The notes: generated by a model not told the origin, from the sequence alone. Numbered from the stretch's first letter, positions 8,692 to 17,523 are shown. The stretch: 18,420 nt of DNA from Candidatus Krumholzibacteriia bacterium (GCA_036351155.1 JAZBOO010000322.1:1-18420); one strand, 5' to 3'. Program-made: numbers and translations.

Positions 8692-8786
8692 GCCGAAAGC
8701 GACTCTTGCTGGGCGTGTGACTGCTCCGTCGGGCCATAAGGAGCCCGCTTTCGGCAGCCTCCTTCATCTCTTTCCAGGAGGAATCC
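8692..8786 (+). promoter_or_regulatory. Candidate structured 5' leader of amt with alternative SD-sequestering pairings
   Basis: Perfect 10-bp inverted repeat GCCGAAAGCG (8692-8701) / CGCTTTCGGC (8746-8755). Anti-SD CCTCCT (8758-8763) is complementary to SD AGGAGG (8776-8781). AAGGAG (8738-8743) is complementary to CTCCTT (8759-8764). Confidence 0.35.
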
Positions 8787-9992
8787 ATGTTCGACACAGG
8801 CAATACCGGCTTCATGCTGGTGGCAACCAGTCTGGTCATGCTGATGACCCCGGGACTGGCATTCTTCTATGGTGGTCTGGTGGGCCGCCAGAACGTGCTG
8901 TCCATCATGATCCAGAGCTTCGTTTCCATGGGGGTGACCACCGTGATCTGGTACGCGGTGGGCTTCTCCCTGTGCTTCTCCGGAGGTGAGGGGGGCATCA
9001 TCGGCAACCTGGACCATGCCTTCCTGCGGGGCATCGATCCCTCGACCCCGTTCGCCGATGGGCAAATTCCCATGCTGGTGTTCGTCGCGTACCAGATGAT
9101 GTTTGCCATCATCACGCCCGCGCTGATCACCGGCGCCTTCAGCAATCGCATCAGATTCCCGGCGTACCTGATCTTCCTGGTACTTTGGCTGATCCTGGTC
9201 TACTTCCCGTTCGTGCACATGATCTGGGGTGGCGGCCTCCTGGCCAAGTGGGGCGTCCTGGATTTTGCCGGAGGTATCGCCGTCCACAACATTGCCGGCA
9301 TGGCGGCCCTGGCCTCGGTCCTGTACGTGGGAAAACGTCGTGTGGCCGAGAAGGGCCCGCACTCCATTCCCCTGGTGGCCCTGGGCACCGGTCTGCTCTG
9401 GTTCGGCTGGTACGGATTCAATGCGGGCAGCGAGCTGCAGGTCGATGAAATCACTTCCCTGGCCTTCGTGAACACGGACATTGCCGCCAGCTTTGCCGCC
9501 ATGACCTGGCTCATGCTGGAGTGGAGCCGCGTCCGCAAACCACGTTTCGTGGGCCTGCTGACCGGAGCGGTGGCCGGCCTGGCCACCATCACCCCGGCGG
9601 CCGCCTATGTGCCCACCTGGGGCGCGGCGCTGATCGGTTTCACCGCGGGTATCGTCTGCTACTGGGCGGTCGAGTTGAAGAACAAGCTGGGCTGGGATGA
9701 TGCCCTGGACGTCTGGGGTGTGCACGGTGTGGGTGGTGCTCTGGGTATCATCATGCTGGGAATCATTGGCTCGACTGCGGTCAATGCGGCCGGTGCCGAT
9801 GGCCTGATCTACGGTGGTTCGGACTTCTTCATGAAGCAGGTCGTGGCCGTCGTCGTGTCCAGCATTTACGCCTTCGGCTTCACCTGGGCCATGCTGTGGC
9901 TGATCAATCGCGTGGTCCCCGTCAAGACCACCGAAGAAATGGAAATGACCCTGGACGAGGCCCTGCACGGTGAGCAGGCTTACCTGGCCTGA
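8787..9992 (+). CDS. amt: Ammonium transporter (Amt family)
   Basis: LVMLMTPGLAFFYGG, YQMMFAIIT, HMIWGGG, DFAGGIAVH, LWFGWYGFNAGS, GAVAGLATITP, DDALDVWGVHG (twin His intact) and C-terminal LDEALHGEQAY. RBS AGGAGG. Confidence 0.97.
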   Translation: MFDTGNTGFMLVATSLVMLMTPGLAFFYGGLVGRQNVLSIMIQSFVSMGVTTVIWYAVGFSLCFSGGEGGIIGNLDHAFLRGIDPSTPFADGQIPMLVFVAYQMMFAIITPALITGAFSNRIRFPAYLIFLVLWLILVYFPFVHMIWGGGLLAKWGVLDFAGGIAVHNIAGMAALASVLYVGKRRVAEKGPHSIPLVALGTGLLWFGWYGFNAGSELQVDEITSLAFVNTDIAASFAAMTWLMLEWSRVRKPRFVGLLTGAVAGLATITPAAAYVPTWGAALIGFTAGIVCYWAVELKNKLGWDDALDVWGVHGVGGALGIIMLGIIGSTAVNAAGADGLIYGGSDFFMKQVVAVVVSSIYAFGFTWAMLWLINRVVPVKTTEEMEMTLDEALHGEQAYLA

Positions 9993-10013
9993 CCGTCAGC
10001 AAAGGAGACGAAC

Positions 10014-11006
10014 ATGAGCAGAGCAATAATTTCTGTCCTGGCGGTGGTGGCACTGGTGGGGGCGGCACAGGCCGGAAATACGCCGGACATCACGGGGTTT
10101 GCCGATGCCAGCTACTTCCACGACCTGAACGCCGGGCAGGGGGAGTTCGGACTGGACCAGGTGGAAGTGGATATCGTCCATCAGGCCAGCGCCGCCACGA
10201 TGGTGCGGGCCGACCTGGAGTGGGTCAAGGACGGCGAGGATTTCGTGGCCCAGGTGGAACAGGCTTTCATGAGCTACACCTGCCCCGGCGGCTACACCTT
10301 GACCTTTGGCAAGTTCAATGCGCCCATTGGCTTCGAGCTCCTGGATGCCCCCGACATGTACCAGTTCAGCCATGCCCTGGTGTTCGATCATGGTTTGCCG
10401 ACCAACCTGACCGGCTTCATGGTCGGTCGCGACCTGAGCGATGTGCTGGACCTGGTTCTGTACGGTGCCAACGGCTGGGATGCCAACACCGCTTCGGGCA
10501 AGAACCTGACCTGGGGAGGCCGTCTGGGCTTTGCTCCTGGGCAGGGGCTGGCTGGCGGCCTGTCGGCCATCAGCGGCAAGGAAGAGGGTCCAATGGAGAA
10601 CTTGTTCACCCGGACGGTCTTCGATGTGGATCTGGGTTATGAAAGCGGCCCATGGGTGTTCGGCGGCGAGTTCAACACCGGCAAGGTGACCTTGCCTGAC
10701 GACAGCGAACTGTCCTGGACCGGGTTCCTGATCATGAGCCACTACACCATGAATGATTGGGCCGGCCTGACCGTCCGGTTCGATCACTTCGACGACGCCG
10801 ACGGCTATGCTTTCGGCATGGTGGGCGACCAGTACCAGACGCGTCAGGCCCTGACCATCGCGCCCACCTTCACCCTGGATGACGGCTTCGGCGCCCTGGT
10901 GGAATTGCGCATGGACATGAGCGACCAGGAGGCTTTCCTGGACAGCGATGGACTGGCCACGGACAGCCAGACCACCCTGGCCTTCGAGATGACCTACAGC
11001 TGGTAG
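10014..11006 (+). CDS. Putative outer-membrane beta-barrel porin (BBP2/porin-like)
   Basis: Signal peptide MSRAIISVLAVVALVGAAQA. Alternating beta-strand pattern with ITGFADASY, VEQAFMSY, GKFNAPIGFE, NGWD and LTVRFDHFDD. C-terminal aromatic TYSW (BAM signal-like). RBS AAGGAG 10002-10007, 21 nt after the amt stop. Confidence 0.85.
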   Translation: MSRAIISVLAVVALVGAAQAGNTPDITGFADASYFHDLNAGQGEFGLDQVEVDIVHQASAATMVRADLEWVKDGEDFVAQVEQAFMSYTCPGGYTLTFGKFNAPIGFELLDAPDMYQFSHALVFDHGLPTNLTGFMVGRDLSDVLDLVLYGANGWDANTASGKNLTWGGRLGFAPGQGLAGGLSAISGKEEGPMENLFTRTVFDVDLGYESGPWVFGGEFNTGKVTLPDDSELSWTGFLIMSHYTMNDWAGLTVRFDHFDDADGYAFGMVGDQYQTRQALTIAPTFTLDDGFGALVELRMDMSDQEAFLDSDGLATDSQTTLAFEMTYSW

Positions 11007-11030
11007 ACTGCCCCCAAGGTCTGCCGTTCG

Positions 11031-11067
11031 ACCCCGCATCGGGCCCACCGGTGCGGGGTTTTTTGTT
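11031..11067 (+). terminator. Rho-independent terminator of the amt-porin operon
   Basis: 12-bp stem ACCCCGCATCGG / CCGGTGCGGGGT (one G-U), loop GCCCA, followed by TTTTTGTT. Confidence 0.88.
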
Positions 11068-11181
11068 CACCAGCGCCGTTCAGAAAATGGAGAGGGCGAC
11101 AATCCTCTTTACAATGCCCCGCGGAAGCCGAATGATAATAACTCTACAGGAACCACAGGTCATTCCCGGGAGGATGGAAGC

Positions 11182-12591
11182 GTGCCCCATTTTGACATCT
11201 GTGTCATCGGTAGTGGGCCAGGTGGCCAGAAGGCGGCTATTCAGGCCGGCAAGACCGGCAAGAGCGTGTGCGTGGTCGAACGCATGGATCAGGTGGGTGG
11301 GGTGGCTATTCACACCGGGACCATCCCCTCGAAAGCCTTTCGCCAGGCCATTATCCAGGCCACGCGTGGGCGGGATCACCTGGCGGTTCGGGCCGACATC
11401 AAGGCCGGTCGCATCACCACCGAGGAACTGCTTTCCGCTTGCCAGCGCATCATTGCCACCGAGATGGAGATCGTGCGACTGCAACTGCGGCGCAACGGCG
11501 CCGAGGTGTTCAGTGGGGAGGCCTCGTTCAAGGATGCCACCACCGTGAACGTACGGAACCGTGAAGGCAGCTTCGAGATCAGCGCCGACAAGTTCATCAT
11601 CGCCGTGGGCACCGAACCCGTGCAGCCCAAGTACATTCCCTTCGACAGCGAATGCATCATCACCTCGGATAACCTGCTGGATCTGCGCTGTCTGCCGGAG
11701 TCGCTGGTGGTGGTCGGCGGCGGAGTGATCGGCACCGAGTTCGCCAGCATGTTCGCTCGCCTGGGGGTGAAGGTGACCCTCGTGGTCAAGGCCCATCGCG
11801 TGCTCGGGTTCCTCGATCTCCAGATCGGCGAGGCCCTGCAGTACCACATGCGCCAGAGGGGTATGGTCTTGCGCCTGGGAGAGGAACTGTCCCGGGTCGA
11901 GAGGGTGGTCCGGCCATCCTCCACCACGGGGGAATCCAAGACCGAAGTGGTCACTCTGCTCAAGAGCGGGAAGGAACTGCGCTCCGACGCCCTGCTGTAT
12001 TGCCTGGGCCGCAGCGGAGTCACGGGAAGCCTTGACCTGGAGGCGGCGGGACTGAAAGCGGATGACCGCGGCCGCATTGCCGTGAACGAGAACTTCCAGA
12101 CGACCAACCCCGATATTTACGCCGTGGGCGATGTGGTGGGCTTTCCCGCCCTGGCCTCGACGGCCATGAATCAGGGGCGGATGGCCGCCTGCCACATCAC
12201 GGGCTTGCCCATGAGCAAGCTGCGGGAATACTTTCCCTTCGGCATCTATTCGGTGCCCGAGATCAGCATGGTGGGCGACAACGAGGAAGAGCTGACAGAA
12301 AAGGGACTCCCATACGAAACGGGAGTGGCCCACTACAAGGAGATTGCCCGGGGTCAGCTGCTGGGTGATGAGGTGGGCATGCTGAAGCTCCTGTTCCACC
12401 CGGAAACCAAGAAGGTGCTGGGGGTGCACATCATCGGCACCAACGCCACGGAGCTGATTCACATCGGCCAGGCGGTCATGGCTCTGGATGCCACCATGCA
12501 CTACTTTGTGGACAGTGCATTCAATTACCCCACCCTGGCCGAGTGCTATCGCGTGGCGGCACTGAATGGGCTGAACAAGCTGCGGGGTTGA
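11182..12591 (+). CDS. sthA: Soluble (Si-specific) NAD(P)+ transhydrogenase
   Basis: FAD motif VIGSGPGG, GGVAIHTGTIPSKA (no CxxxxC disulfide), NAD motif GGGVIGTEFAS, YAVGDVVGFPALAS, GIYSVPEIS and C-terminal FNYPTLAECYRVAALNGLNKL typical of SthA. RBS GGGAGGA before GTG. Confidence 0.9.
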   Translation: MPHFDICVIGSGPGGQKAAIQAGKTGKSVCVVERMDQVGGVAIHTGTIPSKAFRQAIIQATRGRDHLAVRADIKAGRITTEELLSACQRIIATEMEIVRLQLRRNGAEVFSGEASFKDATTVNVRNREGSFEISADKFIIAVGTEPVQPKYIPFDSECIITSDNLLDLRCLPESLVVVGGGVIGTEFASMFARLGVKVTLVVKAHRVLGFLDLQIGEALQYHMRQRGMVLRLGEELSRVERVVRPSSTTGESKTEVVTLLKSGKELRSDALLYCLGRSGVTGSLDLEAAGLKADDRGRIAVNENFQTTNPDIYAVGDVVGFPALASTAMNQGRMAACHITGLPMSKLREYFPFGIYSVPEISMVGDNEEELTEKGLPYETGVAHYKEIARGQLLGDEVGMLKLLFHPETKKVLGVHIIGTNATELIHIGQAVMALDATMHYFVDSAFNYPTLAECYRVAALNGLNKLRG

Positions 12592-12606
12592 TGAACACAG
12601 CGGCAG

Positions 12607-12646
12607 AAAAAATGCCGGCGCGGTCCTGAGACCACGCCGGCTTTTT
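12607..12646. terminator. Bidirectional intrinsic terminator between convergent sthA and the VPS10-like gene
   Basis: AAAAAA-T-GCCGGCGCGGTC-ctga-GACCACGCCGGC-TTTTT. 12-bp stem with one mismatch (G-U on the minus strand), and A/T tracts on both sides. Confidence 0.88.
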
Positions 12647-12671
12647 ATCGCGTCAAGACGGGTTCAGGGCA

Positions 12672-15600
12672 TCAATTCCACTCGGGGAACCGGCCCGGGG
12701 TGTAGGGCGCCCCGGCCTTCTCCAGGGTGGCTTCGAGGGCCGTGATGTCCCTTTCCACGATGATCCGCAGCTCTTCCAGCACGGGCTTGAACTGTCGGGC
12801 GGCGATGTCCAGGTTCTTGCGATGCGTGGCGGTGGGGGCGGTGGTGATCCCACGCGTTCCCCACATGACACCGCCCACGCGTCCGCTCAGGCCGGGAGCG
12901 GCCGGTTCGCTGCGACTGGTGATGGTACGGTCTCCGTACATCACAACCCGCAAGTTGGCCAGCTGCTCGTCCAGGGCGTCGACCTGGTCCAGCAAAGCAC
13001 GATCCAGTCCTGGCGTATCATTGATCGCCTGCCGGATGTGATCCAGCTTGTCCCCGGTTTCCCGCAGAGTGCGTCCGGCTCCCTGCACGGCCCGGTACAT
13101 CTGGGCGGCTTCCTTCTGGAAGGCGACCGAGGCGGCGAAGTCATCGGTTTGCAGGGGGTTGTTGCCCAGCAGCTTCATGCTGAAGGACACGGGTCCCGCC
13201 AGTTCGGTTTCCTCGCCAAGCACCCTCTTGCTCAATGTCACCGTGTAGGTGCCGGGTTCGGCAAAGGGGCCGGCGGGGATGTCGTCCCAGGGGGTGCTCG
13301 GGCCACTGCGGTTGAGGTTCACGGGGCTGGCCACGTCAGGGTAGCGCAGGTCCCAGGCCACCCGGTGCATGCCCTTGCTCTTGGGCCCGTTGATTCGGCG
13401 CACCACGTTGCCGGCCTGATCTCTGACCGTCAGAAGCACCACCGGATCCTGCTCGCGGTCCTCGGCCCGGAGCTCGTCCCAGCTGGGGTAGTACACCGGC
13501 TCGCCATCCTTGAACTTCTTCTTGTCTTCCTTGCGTCGCTGGCTTTCCAGATCCTTCAGCCCCTCGTTCAGGCGGTAAGTGATGACGGCGCCGAAGGGAG
13601 GATTCTCCGCCAGATAGAACTGGTCGCCCTGGTGCCCCTTGCCGCTGCTGCCCACCGGGGTGGAGGGGTTGTAGAGCAGGGCTTCCTTGACGGGGAAGAT
13701 CACCGCGTCGGCGGTCATGGTCTCCTCGGTCAAGTTGCGCAGCGGCGTGTAATCGTCCAGCACGTAGAAGCCGCGGCCGAAGGTGGCGACCACCAGGTCG
13801 TTCTCCCGCCGCTGGATCTCGATGTCACGGCAGGCGATGGTGGGAATGCCCGCGGACAGCTGGGTCCAGTGCTTGCCCTCATCGCGTGTGAAGAACATGC
13901 CGAACTCGGTGCCGGCGAACATCAGCTGGGGATCCTCGTGATCCTGGGCAATCGAGTGCACGGTCCCACGTTCGGGCAGGTTGCCGGCGATGCTTTTCCA
14001 GCTCTTGCCGTGGTCGGTGCTCTTCAGAACGTAGGGCGCAAAGTCGTCGCGCTTGTGGTTGTCGAAGCTGGCGTAAACCACGTTCTCTTCGAAGAGCGAG
14101 GGCTCGATGTCCGCCACATATGTTTCATCGGGCACACCCTTGAACTTGGAATTCTTTTCCCAGGTCTGCCCGCCATCATGTGACACGTGAATCAGGCCGT
14201 CATCGGTTCCGGCATAGAGCAAACCTTCCTTCAGCGGAGACTCGTTGAAGGCGATGATGCTGCCGTAGAAACTGGTGCTGTTGTTCTTGGCCACGGTGTC
14301 CACGCCCCAGATGCGTCCCATGACCTCTTTCTTGTTGCGATCTTCGCCTCGGCTCAGATCACCGGAGATCCGGGTCCAGCTGTTTCCCATGTCCTCGCTG
14401 ACAAACACCTTCTGGCAGGCGTAGTACAACCGCTTGTGGTTGTGGGGGCTGATCAGCAGGGGAGAGTTCCAGTTCCACTTGAGAACCTCGCCCTCTTCGG
14501 CCGCGGGCTGGATGTAGAGCCGCTCGCCGCTCTTGCGGTCATAGCGGTTCAGGTTGCCGTACTGCCACTGGCAATAGACGATGTCCGGGTTGGTCGGGTC
14601 GGCCGCCGGTTCGAAGCCGTCACCGCCCAGCAGGAAGAACCACTCCCGGTTGCTGGCCCCGTGGGCAAAGGTGGTGCGCGCGGGCCCGCCGATGGTGTTG
14701 TTGTCCTGGGTGCCGCCGTACACATTGTAGAAGGGCGTGTCGTAGTCCACGGCCACCCGGTAGAACTGGGTCACCGGCAGGTTGGGCATGAAACGCCAGT
14801 TGTCGCCACGGTCAAAGGTCTCGTACACGCCGCCATCGCAACCGGCCAGCAGGTGGTCGGTATCGTCGGGATCGATCCACATGGCGTGATCGTCCACGTG
14901 CTTGCTGCGCACGCTCAGCCGATTCCAGGTTTTCCCCGCGTCCTCGGTCACCTGCAGGAAGGTGTCCATGCTGTACAGTCGGTCGGGGTTGATGGGGTCG
15001 GGCACGATCTCGTTGTAGTACTGGGGACTGCCGGCCACGTAGCTGCTCATCTTCTGCCAGGTGGTGCCACCGTTTTGCGAGCGGAAGAAACCGCCCTTGC
15101 CCTCGGCGGCCTCGATGATGGCATAGATGGTGTCGGGTTCCTTCTGGGCGATGGCCAGGCCAATGCGCCCCATGTCCGTCCCGGGCAGGCCGCCCTTCAG
15201 TTCGGTCCAGGTCAGACCGCCGTCGGTGGTCTTGTGGATGCCGCTGCCGGGGCCACCGTTGATCAGAGTCCAGGTGTGACGGCGTCGCTGATAGCTGGCA
15301 GCATACAGGACGTCCGGATCCCGGGGATCCATGACCACGTCGACCACGCCTGTGTTTTCATCGATCTCCAGCACCAGATCCCAGGTTTCCCCGTTGTCCA
15401 TGGATTTGTACACGCCGCGCTCACCGCCGGGTCCCCAGAGGGGGCCCATGGCCGCCACGTACACGACATTGTGGTCGGTGGGATGCACCACGATGCGTCC
15501 AATATGCAACGAGCGCTTCAACCCCATGTTCTTCCAGCTCTGGCCCCCATCGAGGGAGCGGTAGACGCCGTCACCGTAGCTGACGCTGCGCTGGCTGTTG

Positions 15601-15986
15601 TTCTCGCCGCTGCCCACCCACACCACATCGGGGCGGGAGGGGGCAATGGTCATGCAGCCGATGCTGTAGCTTCCCTCGCCGTCGAAGATCGGCTGATAGG
15701 TCACGCCGGCGTTGTGGGTCTCCCAGACGCCCCCGCTGTTGACCGCCACGTAGTAGTGGGACTTGTTGCGGGGGTCGACCGCAAAATCGCCCACCCGGCC
15801 TGAGGCGATGGCCGGGCCGATTTCACGGAAGGAGAGGGCGCCGAAATCGCCGCTGGACCAGGGGCCGTCGTCGTCATCCTTGGCCATGGAATTCCCGGTG
15901 GAGGAGCCGGCCATGAGCAAAACCAGGAACCCGAGCGCGATCAGGCGGGCACCCGGAACAGGAAGGTTGGAGAAGAATCGTCGCAT
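12672..15986 (-). CDS. Large secreted VPS10/sortilin-like BNR (Asp-box) repeat beta-propeller protein, usually annotated as 'glycosyl hydrolase'
   Basis: N-terminal hydrophobic signal and FREIGPAIASGRV. Ten Asp-box repeats (SLDGGQSW, SMDNGETW, TTDGGLTW, SQNGGTTW, TEDAGKTW, TFDRGDNW, SEDMGNSW, SHDGGQTW, STDHGKSW, TRDEGKHW). Also GGTQDN, ATFGRGFYVLDD, an Ig-like segment and a C-terminal helical region. Confidence 0.88.
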   Translation of the reverse strand: MRRFFSNLPVPGARLIALGFLVLLMAGSSTGNSMAKDDDDGPWSSGDFGALSFREIGPAIASGRVGDFAVDPRNKSHYYVAVNSGGVWETHNAGVTYQPIFDGEGSYSIGCMTIAPSRPDVVWVGSGENNSQRSVSYGDGVYRSLDGGQSWKNMGLKRSLHIGRIVVHPTDHNVVYVAAMGPLWGPGGERGVYKSMDNGETWDLVLEIDENTGVVDVVMDPRDPDVLYAASYQRRRHTWTLINGGPGSGIHKTTDGGLTWTELKGGLPGTDMGRIGLAIAQKEPDTIYAIIEAAEGKGGFFRSQNGGTTWQKMSSYVAGSPQYYNEIVPDPINPDRLYSMDTFLQVTEDAGKTWNRLSVRSKHVDDHAMWIDPDDTDHLLAGCDGGVYETFDRGDNWRFMPNLPVTQFYRVAVDYDTPFYNVYGGTQDNNTIGGPARTTFAHGASNREWFFLLGGDGFEPAADPTNPDIVYCQWQYGNLNRYDRKSGERLYIQPAAEEGEVLKWNWNSPLLISPHNHKRLYYACQKVFVSEDMGNSWTRISGDLSRGEDRNKKEVMGRIWGVDTVAKNNSTSFYGSIIAFNESPLKEGLLYAGTDDGLIHVSHDGGQTWEKNSKFKGVPDETYVADIEPSLFEENVVYASFDNHKRDDFAPYVLKSTDHGKSWKSIAGNLPERGTVHSIAQDHEDPQLMFAGTEFGMFFTRDEGKHWTQLSAGIPTIACRDIEIQRRENDLVVATFGRGFYVLDDYTPLRNLTEETMTADAVIFPVKEALLYNPSTPVGSSGKGHQGDQFYLAENPPFGAVITYRLNEGLKDLESQRRKEDKKKFKDGEPVYYPSWDELRAEDREQDPVVLLTVRDQAGNVVRRINGPKSKGMHRVAWDLRYPDVASPVNLNRSGPSTPWDDIPAGPFAEPGTYTVTLSKRVLGEETELAGPVSFSMKLLGNNPLQTDDFAASVAFQKEAAQMYRAVQGAGRTLRETGDKLDHIRQAINDTPGLDRALLDQVDALDEQLANLRVVMYGDRTITSRSEPAAPGLSGRVGGVMWGTRGITTAPTATHRKNLDIAARQFKPVLEELRIIVERDITALEATLEKAGAPYTPGRFPEWN

Positions 15987-16082
15987 TGTTCATCCTTTTT
16001 CGAGGGCAGGTAAACAGACCCGCACTTCACCTCTGAGGTGGCGGGTGGCGTCGAGGGGTGGTTCAGATATAACAGATCGGCC

Positions 16083-17453
16083 TCAACCGATCAATTCCTC
16101 TTCGGGAGAGAGAGCAGGGGAAGCAGGGGCGAGGTCGGTCCCGGCTTCTGCAGCGGGCAGAAAAATGCGGAAGGTGGTGCCCTGGCCGGGGGCGCTTTCG
16201 ACTTCGATGCGGCCACCATGATCCTCGACAATGCCGTGGCTGATGCTCAAGCCCAGGCCCGTGCCCTGGCCGACATCCTTGGTGGTGAAGAACGGGTCAA
16301 ACACCTTCTGGAGAGTGACCTGGTCCATGCCGCATCCGTTGTCGGCAATGATGATTTCCACTTCGGCACCTGCGGGGCGGGTTTGCACATTCAGAATGCC
16401 GCCCGTTTCGGGCATGGCGTGGCTGGCGTTGATCATCATGTTCATGATAACCTGATTGACCTGGCCGCCGTGCCCCTGGATCACCGCCCCCGGCTCCAGA
16501 TCCAGCTTGACCTCACACCGATATTTCAGTTCGTTCCAGATCACCTTGGTCACTGTTTCGATGCCCTCATTGACGTTGTGAGCACACTTTTCCGGTCCAT
16601 CCTCGCGGGCAAAACTTTTGAGATTTTTGACGATCTCGGCAATCCGGTGAACCCCGTCCAGGCTCTCTTTGAGCACCTCGTCAAGATCGTCCAGGATATA
16701 GTCAAGGTCTTCTTCTTCCTGGATTTCCCGGGCCATTTGCAGCAACACCTCCCGGGCATTGCCTTCGGCCGGAACCGGGGCCTCGGTCTGAGCGTAGATT
16801 TCCAGAAGGGCTTTCATGATGCCGAAATAATTGCCAATGGTCCCCAGGTTGCTGGTGACAAACCCCACGGGATTGTTGATCTCGTGAGCTACTCCGGCGG
16901 CCAGCTGCCCGATGGACGCCAGTTTTTCTGATTGGGCGGCCCGACTTTTCTGGTCCTGAAGCTGACCCAACGTTTCGGTCAACTGTTTGTTGGAGGCGGT
17001 CAATTTCTCTTCCGCTGCCCGCAGGGCCGAGATATCCATGAAGCTGACCAGGATCAGGGGCTGATTCCCACTCTTGATGGTGGTGGTCGAAAGGAGAACA
17101 TGGATTGTTTGCCCGCTCTTGTTCAACATCTGGCAAGGAACATTGCTGGATTTCAGGTGATGGCTGGCGGAGTCGCCAATCAGCCGAGAATCGCCGGAGC
17201 AAAGGAAGTTACCGGAGGCCTGTCCTAGCAGGTTTTCGATGTCATGTCCGAGGATGTTGGCCGCAGCACGGTTGGCGTCCATGATCTGATCGGTATCCCC
17301 AACCACGATAAGCATTCCTGTCTGGGCCGCCTCGAAAACGGCACGGGAAAAATCCTCGCTTTCCTTGAGATCCTGCGCGAGGCGATGAAGTCGCTGGTTC
17401 TCCCGGGTCAACCGGTAGATTTCCTGATCGTGGTTTTGCTGATCGAAGGACAT
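16083..17453 (-). CDS. Cytoplasmic PAS-domain sensor histidine kinase (HisKA + HATPase, NtrB-like)
   Basis: PAS (ANRAAANILG...SFMDIS), coiled coil, H-box QSEKLASIGQLAAGVAHEINNP, N-box QVIMNMMINASHA, DNGCGM, FDPFFTTK and GTGLGL. Confidence 0.93.
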   Translation of the reverse strand: MSFDQQNHDQEIYRLTRENQRLHRLAQDLKESEDFSRAVFEAAQTGMLIVVGDTDQIMDANRAAANILGHDIENLLGQASGNFLCSGDSRLIGDSASHHLKSSNVPCQMLNKSGQTIHVLLSTTTIKSGNQPLILVSFMDISALRAAEEKLTASNKQLTETLGQLQDQKSRAAQSEKLASIGQLAAGVAHEINNPVGFVTSNLGTIGNYFGIMKALLEIYAQTEAPVPAEGNAREVLLQMAREIQEEEDLDYILDDLDEVLKESLDGVHRIAEIVKNLKSFAREDGPEKCAHNVNEGIETVTKVIWNELKYRCEVKLDLEPGAVIQGHGGQVNQVIMNMMINASHAMPETGGILNVQTRPAGAEVEIIIADNGCGMDQVTLQKVFDPFFTTKDVGQGTGLGLSISHGIVEDHGGRIEVESAPGQGTTFRIFLPAAEAGTDLAPASPALSPEEELIG

Positions 17454-17496
17454 TTTGGAGCCACTTTCTTCAGACGGGGCTTCCGCCTCCCCTCAT

Positions 17497-17523
17497 CTAT
17501 CGGCAGCCGCGCCACCCTCTTGA
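17497..17523 (-). promoter_or_regulatory. Sigma28 (FliA)-like promoter for the PAS kinase
   Basis: The minus strand reads TCAAG-N14-GCCGATAG, about 45 nt upstream of the kinase ATG (17453). Confidence 0.7.

Noticed and set aside
8710..8725. Possible sigma54 promoter TGGGCGTGTGACTGCT upstream of amt
   Set aside because: GG-N10-GC spacing is right, but the CACG and TTGC positions match poorly. Too weak to call in GC-rich DNA, though not excluded.
8529..9968. 479-aa antisense ORF over amt
   Set aside because: Shadow ORF caused by GC-rich codon bias. It has no recognisable motifs, while the opposite strand is a clear Amt.
11108..11139. Possible sigma70 promoter for sthA (TTTACA ... AATGAT/GATAAT)
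   Set aside because: The better -10 has a 20-bp spacer and the 17-bp-spaced one is weak, so it is ambiguous.
11080..12501. 473-aa antisense ORF over sthA, and similar shadows at 2479-3525, 9996-11048 and 16038-16931
   Set aside because: They fully overlap well-supported genes and have no independent RBS or motif evidence.
12822..15803. Long plus-strand ORFs (453 and 538 aa) antisense to the VPS10-like gene
   Set aside because: In-register antisense shadows with typical V/G/H/D-rich composition and no domain signatures.
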